Source: Acholeplasma sp.
GTDB lineage: Bacteria; Bacillota_I; Bacilli_A; Acholeplasmatales; UBA5453
Direction of reading: 5' to 3'
Length of the DNA: 64,000 nt
Assembly (NCBI GenBank): GCA_036677365.1
Contig: JAVBWN010000014.1
Location: forward strand, 32,001 to 96,000
Part shown: piece by piece, positions 1 through 8,955 of the stretch
Layout: every line of letters starts with the position of its first letter
Numbering within the stretch: position 1 is the first letter of the stretch
Program-made: the position numbers and the translations under genes
The notes under the pieces: generated by a model
The model's database searches: none
Told to the model about the DNA's origin: nothing
Seen by the model: only the letters and a program-made list of their open reading frames with translations

Positions 1-762
1 GAGTTGAAGTGCTCTATCAAACTCTACCAGTGTACTTGAACCATGGCAAACATAATATGAACCGCCTTCTTTTAGGACTTCTCTCATGTTCCTAAAAACT
101 TTTACTAAGAATGCTAAGAAATCATCCGATGGCATATTATCATTTTTAATTCTTCTATTATCGAATTGTTCATTACCATCTCCTTTAGCCCCAACATCAA
201 CATTGTAAGGAGGATCTGTTAGTACCAAATCAATTTGCTTTCCATCAACAAGACGTTTGATATCTTCTTCCTTCGCTGAGTCTCCACAGGTTAATCGATG
301 ATTACCTAAAATATAGATATCTCCAATTTGTGAGTAAGGTGTCTCCGGTATATGTTCATTTGGGTCAAAATCATCTTCAAAAACCTCATTAGGTTCAACA
401 TCGGATTCAAATCCAAAAAGTGACATATCTAGTCCATCGATGTTTTCTAATTCTAGTTTCAATTTTTCTAAATCCCATGATGCAATTTCTCCAACTTTAT
501 TGTCGGCCAAACGAAATGCTTTAACCTGTTGTGGTGTTAAGTCATTGGCAACAATACAAGGAACTTCTTCCAGTCCTAATGAGATTGCTGCTTTAAACCT
601 AGTATGCCCAGCGATAATAATATTGTTTCCATCGACAATGATAGGAACTTTGAATCCAAACTCTTTGATGGAGTTTGCTACTGCATCAACAGCTGCAGTA
701 TTATCCCTGGGATTATTCTCGTATTCCTTTAAATCACTTATCTTCTTGTTTATTAGTTGCAT
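1..762 (-). CDS. ParB-like N-terminal domain fused to N6/N4 DNA methyltransferase, phage type (runs off the window edge)
   Basis: Not in the ORF track; my translation from ATG 762 (GGAG RBS upstream): MQLINKKISDLKEYENNPRDN...EFGFKVPIIVD...IIAGHTR...AFRLADNKVGE...HRLTCGDS...DLVLTDPPYNV. Confidence 0.88.
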   Translation of the reverse strand, partial: MQLINKKISDLKEYENNPRDNTAAVDAVANSIKEFGFKVPIIVDGNNIIIAGHTRFKAAISLGLEEVPCIVANDLTPQQVKAFRLADNKVGEIASWDLEKLKLELENIDGLDMSLFGFESDVEPNEVFEDDFDPNEHIPETPYSQIGDIYILGNHRLTCGDSAKEEDIKRLVDGKQIDLVLTDPPYNVDVGAKGDGNEQFDNRRIKNDNMPSDDFLAFLVKVFRNMREVLKEGGSYYVCHGSSTLVEFDRALQL

Positions 763-1243
763 TGATATCTCCTATTTCCATTGGTTTCCAATCATTTTCT
801 TTTTGTCGTTCTAGAACCTTTTGTTCTGACAGCTCTAGTTCATACTTCTTTTCACTATATTCCTTACCAAAATTGATGATCAGTAAATATCGTGCAACTC
901 CCATATCACCAAGAATCGTTCTTGTTTGTTTAATCACTTTCTTTTTTGTCCCAGTTGGTGTTTGTTCAATGATTTGGTCTTCATTCACAATAGTGAATCC
1001 CATCGCACGTTCAAACATCTTCTCAAGAAGTGATTTTTTTAACATGTTTCTTCCGTCTTCGTAAGATTTCTCAACATCCTTATATTTCTTTCTAAGAGAA
1101 TACAATGTGTTTTCTGAAACTCCTAATTCAGTTGCAATGACACCCATACCACATGATCTACTCGCTAGTTCTTTGATGAGTTTTAGTTTTGATTGTAAGA
1201 CACCATCATTTTTCCATGTTTGATAATTATCCTTTCTCATCAT
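734..1243 (-). CDS. Phage HTH protein, terminase small subunit-like
   Basis: N-terminal HTH (IATELGVSENTLYSLRKKY) followed by ERAMGF...KKVIKQTR...GD, a pattern typical of putative small terminases; precedes the ParB-methylase. Confidence 0.6.
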   Translation of the reverse strand: MMRKDNYQTWKNDGVLQSKLKLIKELASRSCGMGVIATELGVSENTLYSLRKKYKDVEKSYEDGRNMLKKSLLEKMFERAMGFTIVNEDQIIEQTPTGTKKKVIKQTRTILGDMGVARYLLIINFGKEYSEKKYELELSEQKVLERQKENDWKPMEIGDINATNKQEDK

Positions 1244-1472
1244 CAGTCCTCACTTCTTCATCTGATTCTTGAGGAACTACGACTATTTCTCGCACTGCTT
1301 GTGCAGTAGGTGTATAACCAGCTCACGTGCATTTTACCGCATCAATGATAATCTGCTAGGTTGGCTCAGAGCATAAAAAAACCAATCATCTCTGATCAGT
1401 TTTGTGCTTACTATTTGAATTGTCACTAATTATATGACTTACAAATGTGCAAGATTCTATATAACTACTATT

Positions 1473-1961
1473 TTATCTAAGTTTGTCGTAAGCTTCTGTT
1501 TTCATCCATTTGGAGTACTCATATGCTTCTAAAACGGCAATTGTCGTAAATAGCAATAGCGATAAAATGATAAAAAAAGTATATGTTTGCCTAAGTGAAC
1601 TTGTAGAATCTGCTAATCTCAAGTATGTTTGAGTCGCATCTTTAACTTCTAAAAGTGTTCTTGTTCCAACATAAGAGATAGATAACTCTTGGCCGTTTTC
1701 AACATTTTCTAAAAAATCATCATAATCAAATGCATGCTGGTAATGGGTCTCAATCTCATACGTTTTGCCATCAGAATCCTTCAGAAGGTAGTATGATGAA
1801 TCATCATTAATAAACCTAATGGAGTCAAATATGATCGAAATAGACTTTGAATTATTCAGTTGATGAATGCCATTTAGTGAACCAATGAGCATACCAATCG
1901 GTAATAACAAAATAGCGATATAGATTACGATTCGTATTGCGATAGCTTTGTTCCTTGTCAT
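1473..1961 (-). CDS. Hypothetical membrane protein with two terminal transmembrane helices
   Basis: Hydrophobic N- and C-terminal segments around a soluble domain; GGTGAGG RBS. Confidence 0.7.
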   Translation of the reverse strand: MTRNKAIAIRIVIYIAILLLPIGMLIGSLNGIHQLNNSKSISIIFDSIRFINDDSSYYLLKDSDGKTYEIETHYQHAFDYDDFLENVENGQELSISYVGTRTLLEVKDATQTYLRLADSTSSLRQTYTFFIILSLLLFTTIAVLEAYEYSKWMKTEAYDKLR

Positions 1962-2076
1962 ATTTAAACCTCACCTTAAACACTTTAATAAGTCCAATTT
2001 GTTATGGTTTTTGCTTTTTTGTGAATTACTTGATTTTACCACTAAATGGCTATTCAGTAACCACAGTGTTATATGT

Positions 2077-2115
2077 TTTTCCTATTTGAGACTTCATAAA
2101 CTGGTGTTATTGAAT
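2077..2115. repeat. Cassette-boundary repeat core, copy A (accessory TTACTTGATT motif at 2026)
   Basis: ttttcctatttgagacttcataaactggtgttattgaat; 32/39 identical to copy D at 12598. Confidence 0.9.
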
Positions 2116-2186
2116 GGATGATAAAACCAAAATAGTTATATTAGATAACTTGTACGTTGACTTAATTATCTGTATGATCTCAATCA

Positions 2187-2528
2187 TTATTCATTCTTAG
2201 ATTTTAACGTTTTTAGTTCAAGTTCAACATCTCTTAAGTATTCGTCACGATGGTAGTCTCTTAAACTATTAAACTTTTTATTAATCTCACTAAATTTATG
2301 AGTTGTGTCACGATCAAAAACTTTATGATAACTTTTATCTAGGATAAGTTCTAAAAATCTACTGTCATAACTTGGTTTGCCATCATTCTCATTGAAACGA
2401 CCTTTGATATAACCTATTGGTTGTATAAATGCTTCTTCCGGACTGAATGAGTTACATTCATAATCAAACTTGTTATTAATCCTTCTTTCTAGTGTTTTTA
2501 CCATCTGCTTTGTAATAATATATTTCAT
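2187..2528 (-). CDS. Hypothetical protein (113 aa)
   Basis: ORF with strong AGGAGGA RBS; no family recognised. Confidence 0.7.
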   Translation of the reverse strand: MKYIITKQMVKTLERRINNKFDYECNSFSPEEAFIQPIGYIKGRFNENDGKPSYDSRFLELILDKSYHKVFDRDTTHKFSEINKKFNSLRDYHRDEYLRDVELELKTLKSKNE

Positions 2529-2677
2529 CTTAATTCCTCCTTATTTGATTTTTTTTAATACCCTTTGAGATTCTATTTAATGTTAAGGTATGCTTGGATT
2601 TTAATTGAGGAAATACCATGTTGACAAAGAAGTTCTCTAATTGCTCCATTCCAACCCTTAAAGTGGAAAATCAATAC

Positions 2678-3868
2678 CTAAAAAGTATATCTATGATGAA
2701 TGGGAAGGTTCTTTATGTATTTAAAATATATGTTTTTCAATATTTTACTTGCCTCAATATTGCTCTTGCTTAGTAATCTAGTAAAATCAGTAATTGTTTT
2801 TTTTGCAATGGGAACATCTTGGTAAATCGGGCGATAATAATCTCCACCTTCATATTCTCCTGTTGATTCCCTTCTACCATTAATCACTACGTCGGCGGTC
2901 ACAAAAAAACATTCAGCAAATTCTTTATAATTAGTAATTACATCATAATAGTCTGTATTATGAATTAAACTTTTCAGTTTTCGAATTACTGATTTTGGGT
3001 TAAAATCGAATACTCCAGATTTATTATAAAAACCTAATATTGTGTAAGAAAGTTCACTCGCCATTTCTCTAAAGATAGTTTTATTTTCATCTGTAATAGT
3101 AGTTTCAAAAACGTTATAAACATCTTCCAAAATGTCGTTAAAATTTTGATACCTCGAATCTACCTTATACTCACACATTTTAGAAACAATAGTGTCTAGA
3201 AATTCTGTATGTTCATCAAGGTGTAATTTGCTAATTATGTTTTGAAATATGTGTCCCAAATAGTAAATATCTGTTCTCATACTATAGTTGTTTTCCTTAT
3301 TAATCACTTCCTCTGGTTCAGATGCTGGCCAATTTAAAATAAGTGAACTGTTAGTTCCGCCAAAATCAATGTTAGTTTTACTATAACCAAAGTCAATTAA
3401 CTTAACTTGCCCATTTTCACTTACGAGAATATTCTTGTTCCTTAAATCTCTATGAATTATTCTATTTTTTTCTAAATGTTTAAAGCCTTCAATACACTGC
3501 ACAAAAATGCTCATTACCTGAGATGGATTAGTATTTAAATAACTGAAAATATCGTTTCCATCTATGTGTTCCATTAATATAAATCCAGTGGTATCACTTG
3601 TATCCGAAAATACAAAATGAGAAAAAATCCTAACAACATTCTCATGATAAGATGTGTACATTGATTTCAACTCTTCATTGAATCTCCCCTTTGATTCATC
3701 ATCATTAATCGGAACTGCTTTGCAAACAAAATTCATTTTTAAAGTATAATCATATAAAAGAGCAACCTCTCCCTGACCGCCACTTCCGATATAACCTATA
3801 AAAGTAAATCTATTTTTCCATTTTGAATTGACTAAAGACTCAATTGTCATAGAATATATCATCTCCAT
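2678..3868 (-). CDS. Hanks-type Ser/Thr protein kinase with unrecognised C-terminal domain
   Basis: GSGGQGEV P-loop, VCK lysine, IIHRDLRNKNIL catalytic loop, KLIDFG, DIYYLG. Confidence 0.9.
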   Translation of the reverse strand: MEMIYSMTIESLVNSKWKNRFTFIGYIGSGGQGEVALLYDYTLKMNFVCKAVPINDDESKGRFNEELKSMYTSYHENVVRIFSHFVFSDTSDTTGFILMEHIDGNDIFSYLNTNPSQVMSIFVQCIEGFKHLEKNRIIHRDLRNKNILVSENGQVKLIDFGYSKTNIDFGGTNSSLILNWPASEPEEVINKENNYSMRTDIYYLGHIFQNIISKLHLDEHTEFLDTIVSKMCEYKVDSRYQNFNDILEDVYNVFETTITDENKTIFREMASELSYTILGFYNKSGVFDFNPKSVIRKLKSLIHNTDYYDVITNYKEFAECFFVTADVVINGRRESTGEYEGGDYYRPIYQDVPIAKKTITDFTRLLSKSNIEASKILKNIYFKYIKNLPIHHRYTF

Positions 3869-3885
3869 TTTCTTTAAATAATAAA

Positions 3886-3976
3886 TTACTCGATTTATGC
3901 GCTATTTGAATGTCTTGTATCTAAAAATCAATATCTCAATCTTCCATTCTTGACGAGGAAACTTGTTTCATCGATT
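3886..3976. repeat. Degenerate cassette-boundary repeat, copy F
   Basis: Exact TTACTCGATT motif at 3886 followed about 55 bp later by a weak core match tcttccattcttgacgaggaaacttgtttcatcgatt. Confidence 0.45.
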
Positions 3977-4055
3977 CAATTGATATCAAATCGTCATTTT
4001 TTACTATTTAACTTAATCTCTGTAAAATTACCAAATCTATTTCAAAATCATCACA

Positions 4056-6086
4056 TTAGAGAGGTCTTAAATCCTTATCTATTACACCTAGTTCTATGAA
4101 TACCTCATCAAGTTTTTTCAACGTTTCAAATGTAAAATCCGTTGATTTAATCGCCTTACCAACCAGGTTTTCATTAACCTTCTTATTCCTAATATATTTT
4201 ACTCTATCCTCACCATGCAATAATCCTTCTAATGATTTTTCTTCAGAATCACCACCGACCAATACCTTTTGCTTAGAATCGATTTCATTCAAAATACTAA
4301 ATTTTGTCTTCGTGTCTGCATCTAAAATAATTTTGAACATTGTTTTTGAATCTTTAAGAAATTTATATAAAATTTTTGCGTTACCAGCACCTTCTAGACT
4401 GTAAATGAAGTATTTTGATAAATCAACTTTCCTTATTTTCATGTATGTTTCAAATAGAGTCTTATCACTTTTTCCTTCTACGAGTAGGTAAGTAATATTC
4501 TTATTTAGAATTAATTCTTTATAGCTATTTATTCCTATCTCGTTGATTACAGATATCGAATCGCTTATTGTTATTTGCTTAACAACTGATCCACTATCAT
4601 CAATATCAACAAAATAATAATTTTCTAGATTGTTAGGAATCATATCAATACTATTGGTGCAATAGATTACTTTATTTGTTTTTGAAAGTTCAATTAAGTC
4701 CATCAAAATTTGTTTTTGTGCATCAGGATGTAAAAATGACGCTGGTTCATCAATGATTATAATGTCATCTTTATCCATAGAATTCTTGAGAAAAATGTAT
4801 GACAGATACCATCTTCTACCTAAGCTAGTTGACTCCAATGGGATGTCAACACCATTTTTTTCTTTAATTTTATAAACAAAAGATCTGTTGTCTTCAGATA
4901 TAATTGCTGTTAATGAAAGAATTCTGTCTTTATCAAAAAGTGGAACGATTGTTGCAAGATATTTATCAATTTGATTCTTCAATTGCTTCTTTCGGCTATC
5001 AGTAATATTACTCAAATCTTTAATATCTTCGTTTTGTTGTAAAATGCCATTTTTCTTTAAATAGTTCGATACACACTTATAGATTACATTATTGCCATCA
5101 GTTCTTCTATTATAATAATCATTCGTTGTTTGAAACAACAAAGTACTTTCATTATCTAAATATAGTGCATCATAATCAATACTAGATTTTATTAAATTTA
5201 AAAAAGTGTTGTATTTTTTATCTTTCTTATCATTCTCATCATAATAATTGTTTAATCGATTATTAAACAAACGATGGATTTTTTGAACAATCCTATTAAA
5301 CTCATCAAGTGCTTTAGTAGCATTATCATAGTAATCCTTTAATTCACTATTTATTCTATCAATAGTCTTATCATACTCATCATAATTTATATCTGTAAAA
5401 GTCGCTAAAAGCGGATCAATATAAAGTGATTCTTTGCTTAAAAACCTAAGGTTGGGTACATTTATATATGGCAGTGATTGTACTTCATCATAATCAATAT
5501 TGATCTTACCCTTCTTAAAGTTATCTGACATAAACCTCTCAAGCGTATTAACAATTGTTTCCATTTTTGTTTTCGAGTCATCACTGCTACGTTCAAATCC
5601 ATAGAAATTTGTAGCGCTAACAATGTCTATACGACTGCTAGTTTTATTTTTCTTTGAAAGTTCTTCTATGGTAATTTCACTTAATTTCTTATAATAACAT
5701 TCAAAGTTTTCTACTATTTTATTTTTAAGACCTCTTAACTGATTTTCCCATTTTGAGATAGATAACTCATGTATTTTGGCTTTTACTCTAGTGGCTCTGA
5801 AATCACGATAACTTGATTCCACCTCGACAATTCTCATATCTTTATCAAACTCAACTTCATCTGAGAAGTTCTTGATTTCATCATCATTCAATTCATAAAT
5901 CAATTTGTAATTTGCTCTTTCATTGTGATGTTGATCAACTGAAAAAAACTGTTTAATCGCTCGTAGAATATTAGTTTTCCCACTACCATTCTTTCCAACG
6001 AAACAAAGAAGATTTTGCGAAAAATCTATCTCAATCGGTTTTCTAATGGATTTGTATTGACTGATTATCATCTTCTTTAATTTCAT
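4056..6086 (-). CDS. OLD-family ATP-dependent nuclease (ABC-type ATPase plus TOPRIM)
   Basis: Walker A GKNGSGKT, coiled-coil insert, signature-like SLGRRW, Walker B IIIDEPASFLHP, TOPRIM LLVEGKSD...LDAD. Confidence 0.85.
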   Translation of the reverse strand: MKLKKMIISQYKSIRKPIEIDFSQNLLCFVGKNGSGKTNILRAIKQFFSVDQHHNERANYKLIYELNDDEIKNFSDEVEFDKDMRIVEVESSYRDFRATRVKAKIHELSISKWENQLRGLKNKIVENFECYYKKLSEITIEELSKKNKTSSRIDIVSATNFYGFERSSDDSKTKMETIVNTLERFMSDNFKKGKINIDYDEVQSLPYINVPNLRFLSKESLYIDPLLATFTDINYDEYDKTIDRINSELKDYYDNATKALDEFNRIVQKIHRLFNNRLNNYYDENDKKDKKYNTFLNLIKSSIDYDALYLDNESTLLFQTTNDYYNRRTDGNNVIYKCVSNYLKKNGILQQNEDIKDLSNITDSRKKQLKNQIDKYLATIVPLFDKDRILSLTAIISEDNRSFVYKIKEKNGVDIPLESTSLGRRWYLSYIFLKNSMDKDDIIIIDEPASFLHPDAQKQILMDLIELSKTNKVIYCTNSIDMIPNNLENYYFVDIDDSGSVVKQITISDSISVINEIGINSYKELILNKNITYLLVEGKSDKTLFETYMKIRKVDLSKYFIYSLEGAGNAKILYKFLKDSKTMFKIILDADTKTKFSILNEIDSKQKVLVGGDSEEKSLEGLLHGEDRVKYIRNKKVNENLVGKAIKSTDFTFETLKKLDEVFIELGVIDKDLRPL

Positions 6087-6222
6087 ATTACACCTTCTTG
6101 ATTGTTTCTTACTTGCAACTAGATGCTGATTTTCTTTTTATAATATATGTGTAAGTATAGTGCATTCTTAAATACACGGATTCATCACTAAAAGTTTATC
6201 GTACAGCCATTAAGATATATCT

Positions 6223-6261
6223 TTTTCTCATTTGAGACATCATAAACAGTGATTATTGCAT
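6223..6261. repeat. Cassette-boundary repeat core, copy E
   Basis: ttttctcatttgagacatcataaacagtgattattgcat; separated by 3 bp from the stop codon of 6265..7020. Confidence 0.9.
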
Positions 6262-6264
6262 TCA

Positions 6265-7020
6265 TTATTTCTTAGAAATTATCAGGAATCTATGTTCGGT
6301 TGATTCAATATAACCAACTTCTTTAATTCTTTTATCTAAATCAATAAACTTATCAAAATGTCTTTCTACTGAAAAATCAATAAATTCCCAACTGATGATT
6401 TTAGCAAAATAAGCGATAGCTCCCAAATCAAAGAATTTTATTTTAGGGTAATACTCTTGTTGATCAATGACTTTAAATCCTTTATTTATTAAGCGTTGAA
6501 CTGATTTTTCAAGTGTCATTTCTGGAAATTGATCCGTATGGTTGTCATCAAAAAAAGTAGCAAGATCTTTGTTATTAAATGCACCAATTTGCTGCGTAAT
6601 AAAGATACCACCTTTTTTTAAAACACGATATACCTCATTTTCATCATATGATTCATGTCTATTAACGACCATATCAAAATGATTTGATGGAATGTTAGTC
6701 AATTGATTATTTTCTGTAATTGGGTAAACTTTAATCCCTTTAGGTGCTAGTATTTCTTGACATAGTTTAATATTAGGTTCATAAGCTTCTGTCACAGATG
6801 TTAATTGGTGTGGATGATTGAGTGTTAATAAGAACTCGCCACCACCTGTTCCCATATCAAGTAATGTATCTGTTGGGTTTAAATATTTTAAAAGGATTTT
6901 CTTGTAATCCCAAGGTAGTATTTCGTTTTCCCATCTATTATTCAAATAAGAAAAATCCCATCCCTTAAATGTATGTTCTTCTTCTTTAATTAAATACTTT
7001 TTTAGTTCGTTGTTGTACAT
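6265..7020 (-). CDS. Class I SAM-dependent methyltransferase
   Basis: FKGWDFSYL...LPWDY N-terminus, LLDMGTGGGE motif I, FDMVVNRH, VLKKGGIFITQQ. Confidence 0.88.
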   Translation of the reverse strand: MYNNELKKYLIKEEEHTFKGWDFSYLNNRWENEILPWDYKKILLKYLNPTDTLLDMGTGGGEFLLTLNHPHQLTSVTEAYEPNIKLCQEILAPKGIKVYPITENNQLTNIPSNHFDMVVNRHESYDENEVYRVLKKGGIFITQQIGAFNNKDLATFFDDNHTDQFPEMTLEKSVQRLINKGFKVIDQQEYYPKIKFFDLGAIAYFAKIISWEFIDFSVERHFDKFIDLDKRIKEVGYIESTEHRFLIISKK

Positions 7021-7038
7021 ATGTTTGCTTCCTTATCA

Positions 7039-7130
7039 ATTTGCTCATATTTACTCGATTCTACCTATCTATTACCTATACAAGTATATCATTTTCCACT
7101 TTAAGACCTCATAAACCACTATTATTGAAT
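7039..7130. repeat. Cassette-boundary repeat, copy B (full ~90 bp unit, core 7092-7130)
   Basis: Core ttttccactttaagacctcataaaccactattattgaat lies 3 bp from the stop of 7134..8288; 7039-7076 matches 8289-8326 at 31/38. Confidence 0.9.
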
Positions 7131-7133
7131 TGA

Positions 7134-8288
7134 TTATCTGTAGGTATATTTGAGATATAAATCACCTAATTTTGCTTTTTTAATCATTACTCTTTTTGGT
7201 AATTCTGGTCTTGATAATGCTAATGTACCAATTATAATCTGACGATAGTTTTCGTAAATATCAACAAACGCATCCAGAATTTCATAAACCTTAGGGATAT
7301 TTACAGTTATTTCTGATTGTATAGTATTGTCTTTAAACACGATGGTTGGTGAATATGTAGTTATATGGAAATTCTCTTTATTTCTCTTGATTGAAAAGAT
7401 TTTTAATTCATCTTTATAGCAATTCGAAATTGCATCTAACTTATCCGAAAATTGTTTCTTTTTTAACCTAACATTAACAAGTGCTGTAATCTTGATAATA
7501 TATGAAAATGCTGATGAATGTCTCTCATCTGATTTAGTCATAAATAATTCACGGATTCTTGATATAAGCATTGTCAATATTTCATCTTGCATTATAATAA
7601 TATCAGCAGCTTCAATATGTGACTTTTCAGATGTTTTTTGTCTAAATTGATATTTTTTATTATTTTTAGAATATCTCAACAACTCTCTAGATAGTCTTAT
7701 TGTTGCACCTACATACCAATCTATAGAATTAAAGTGTTCTAAAAAAAACTCTAGTAACCTTTCTTTTTTGTAAAATGTAACCAATGGTTTCACATCATCG
7801 GCGATGGTATTTAGGTTTTCATTTCTATTTCTTAATCTCTTGTTTAATTCAGAAGTAAAAACAATTACATGTGAATAATGACTGCTTATATCTATCTCTG
7901 AATATTGCCACATCCCATTAATAATAAACTCAGATAAATCTACAGATAATAAAAGTAAGTAGACTTCATTTTCTCTTATAATAGTCGATTTTCGAAGAAT
8001 CTCTAGTACTTCTGAACGTTCTAAATTGTGCCATTCAATCCTAAGAACTTCAGAAATTCTTTCTTTAACCTGAGAATAATTATCAGAAAAGTCAAACAAG
8101 AAATATCCATCATTAATCATATGATTTATTGAATTGAAAAATGCTAACTCATCAAGTGAAGAACATAATTCCGTAATTTTGCCAAATAAGAGTGAACGGA
8201 AATTTGGATCCATATTTATTCTTGGATTTATCAATTTTTCTAATCCTTGTCCATTTATAGTTCTATTCATCCTAATCACCTTTTCCAT
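7134..8288 (-). CDS. Hypothetical protein (384 aa), no family recognised
   Basis: Long ORF bounded by repeat copies B and C. Confidence 0.75.
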   Translation of the reverse strand: MEKVIRMNRTINGQGLEKLINPRINMDPNFRSLLFGKITELCSSLDELAFFNSINHMINDGYFLFDFSDNYSQVKERISEVLRIEWHNLERSEVLEILRKSTIIRENEVYLLLLSVDLSEFIINGMWQYSEIDISSHYSHVIVFTSELNKRLRNRNENLNTIADDVKPLVTFYKKERLLEFFLEHFNSIDWYVGATIRLSRELLRYSKNNKKYQFRQKTSEKSHIEAADIIIMQDEILTMLISRIRELFMTKSDERHSSAFSYIIKITALVNVRLKKKQFSDKLDAISNCYKDELKIFSIKRNKENFHITTYSPTIVFKDNTIQSEITVNIPKVYEILDAFVDIYENYRQIIIGTLALSRPELPKRVMIKKAKLGDLYLKYTYR

Positions 8289-8377
8289 ATTTGCTCACTT
8301 TAACTTGATTTAAACTATCTATTACCCTTGTTGGACTACCATTGCTTACTCATGAGTTCATAAACCATTAATCAAGG
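8289..8377. repeat. Cassette-boundary repeat, copy C (conserved left part, degenerate core retaining TCATAAAC)
   Basis: atttgctcactttaacttgatttaaactatctattacc matches copy B; TCATAAACCA at 8358 sits at nearly the same spacing as in B; abuts the stop of 8378..8782. Confidence 0.75.
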
Positions 8378-8782
8378 TTAATCAATAGATTCAAGAGTAA
8401 ACCACTCATTACCCGTTTTGAACTTGAATACAACTTCTTTTTCATCTTGGTATCTGCTTGTCAAATATGGTCCGTACTTAGCATTTATAAAGTCTACAAA
8501 CGAAAAAATATCGAAGCAATCAACTGGTTCTCTACTTATTAAGAAATATTTGTATCCTTTATCTCTTCTTTTATTAACAAAATATATAACATCTTCTTTT
8601 GAAGAACATGCACTCACGAACTTGTTTCTTAATATTTTTGGAAACACTTTATTTTTGACTGCTCTGAAGATATATGTCTTTTTCCTAAATTCGGGAAAAT
8701 CATGATACAATGATTCAAGCATTTTTCTATGCTGGTCGGTCGGATAGTTAGAACCAAGATATTCATTTAGATTTCTCGTCAA
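8378..8782 (-). CDS. Putative ADP-ribosyltransferase, R-S-E clade; true start may be ATA at 8836
   Basis: Motifs in the expected order: YIFRA, FVSACSS, YQDEKEVVF. Frame is open upstream to an AGAGGA RBS at 8843-8848. Confidence 0.6.
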   Translation of the reverse strand: MTRNLNEYLGSNYPTDQHRKMLESLYHDFPEFRKKTYIFRAVKNKVFPKILRNKFVSACSSKEDVIYFVNKRRDKGYKYFLISREPVDCFDIFSFVDFINAKYGPYLTSRYQDEKEVVFKFKTGNEWFTLESID

Positions 8783-8914
8783 AACCAGTAGTCCAAGACC
8801 AACAAAGTAAGCATCATAATCAAAAGTATTGTCTATAATAATTCCTCTTTTCTATTCAGAATACTGTATATAACCTTATTACCTAGATATTAGATTTTTC
8901 ATTTTCTGTTGTGT

Positions 8915-8948
8915 AAAAAAAGGGGTCATTATTAACTCTAATACCCCT
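8915..8948 (-). terminator. Intrinsic terminator of the R-M operon
   Basis: Minus strand aggggt...acccct stem followed by a T-run, just after the stop at 8956. Confidence 0.6.
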
Positions 8949-8955
8949 AATTCAT

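Noticed and set aside
440..1064. Plus-strand ORFs 440..814 and 675..1064
   Set aside because: Antisense shadows of the ParB-methylase and terminase-like genes. The same applies to the many short antisense ORFs over clpB, infB, nusA, the ABC genes and others.
4056..6086. Calling the OLD nuclease a Gabija or retron system
   Set aside because: No UvrD-like GajB or reverse transcriptase gene is adjacent.
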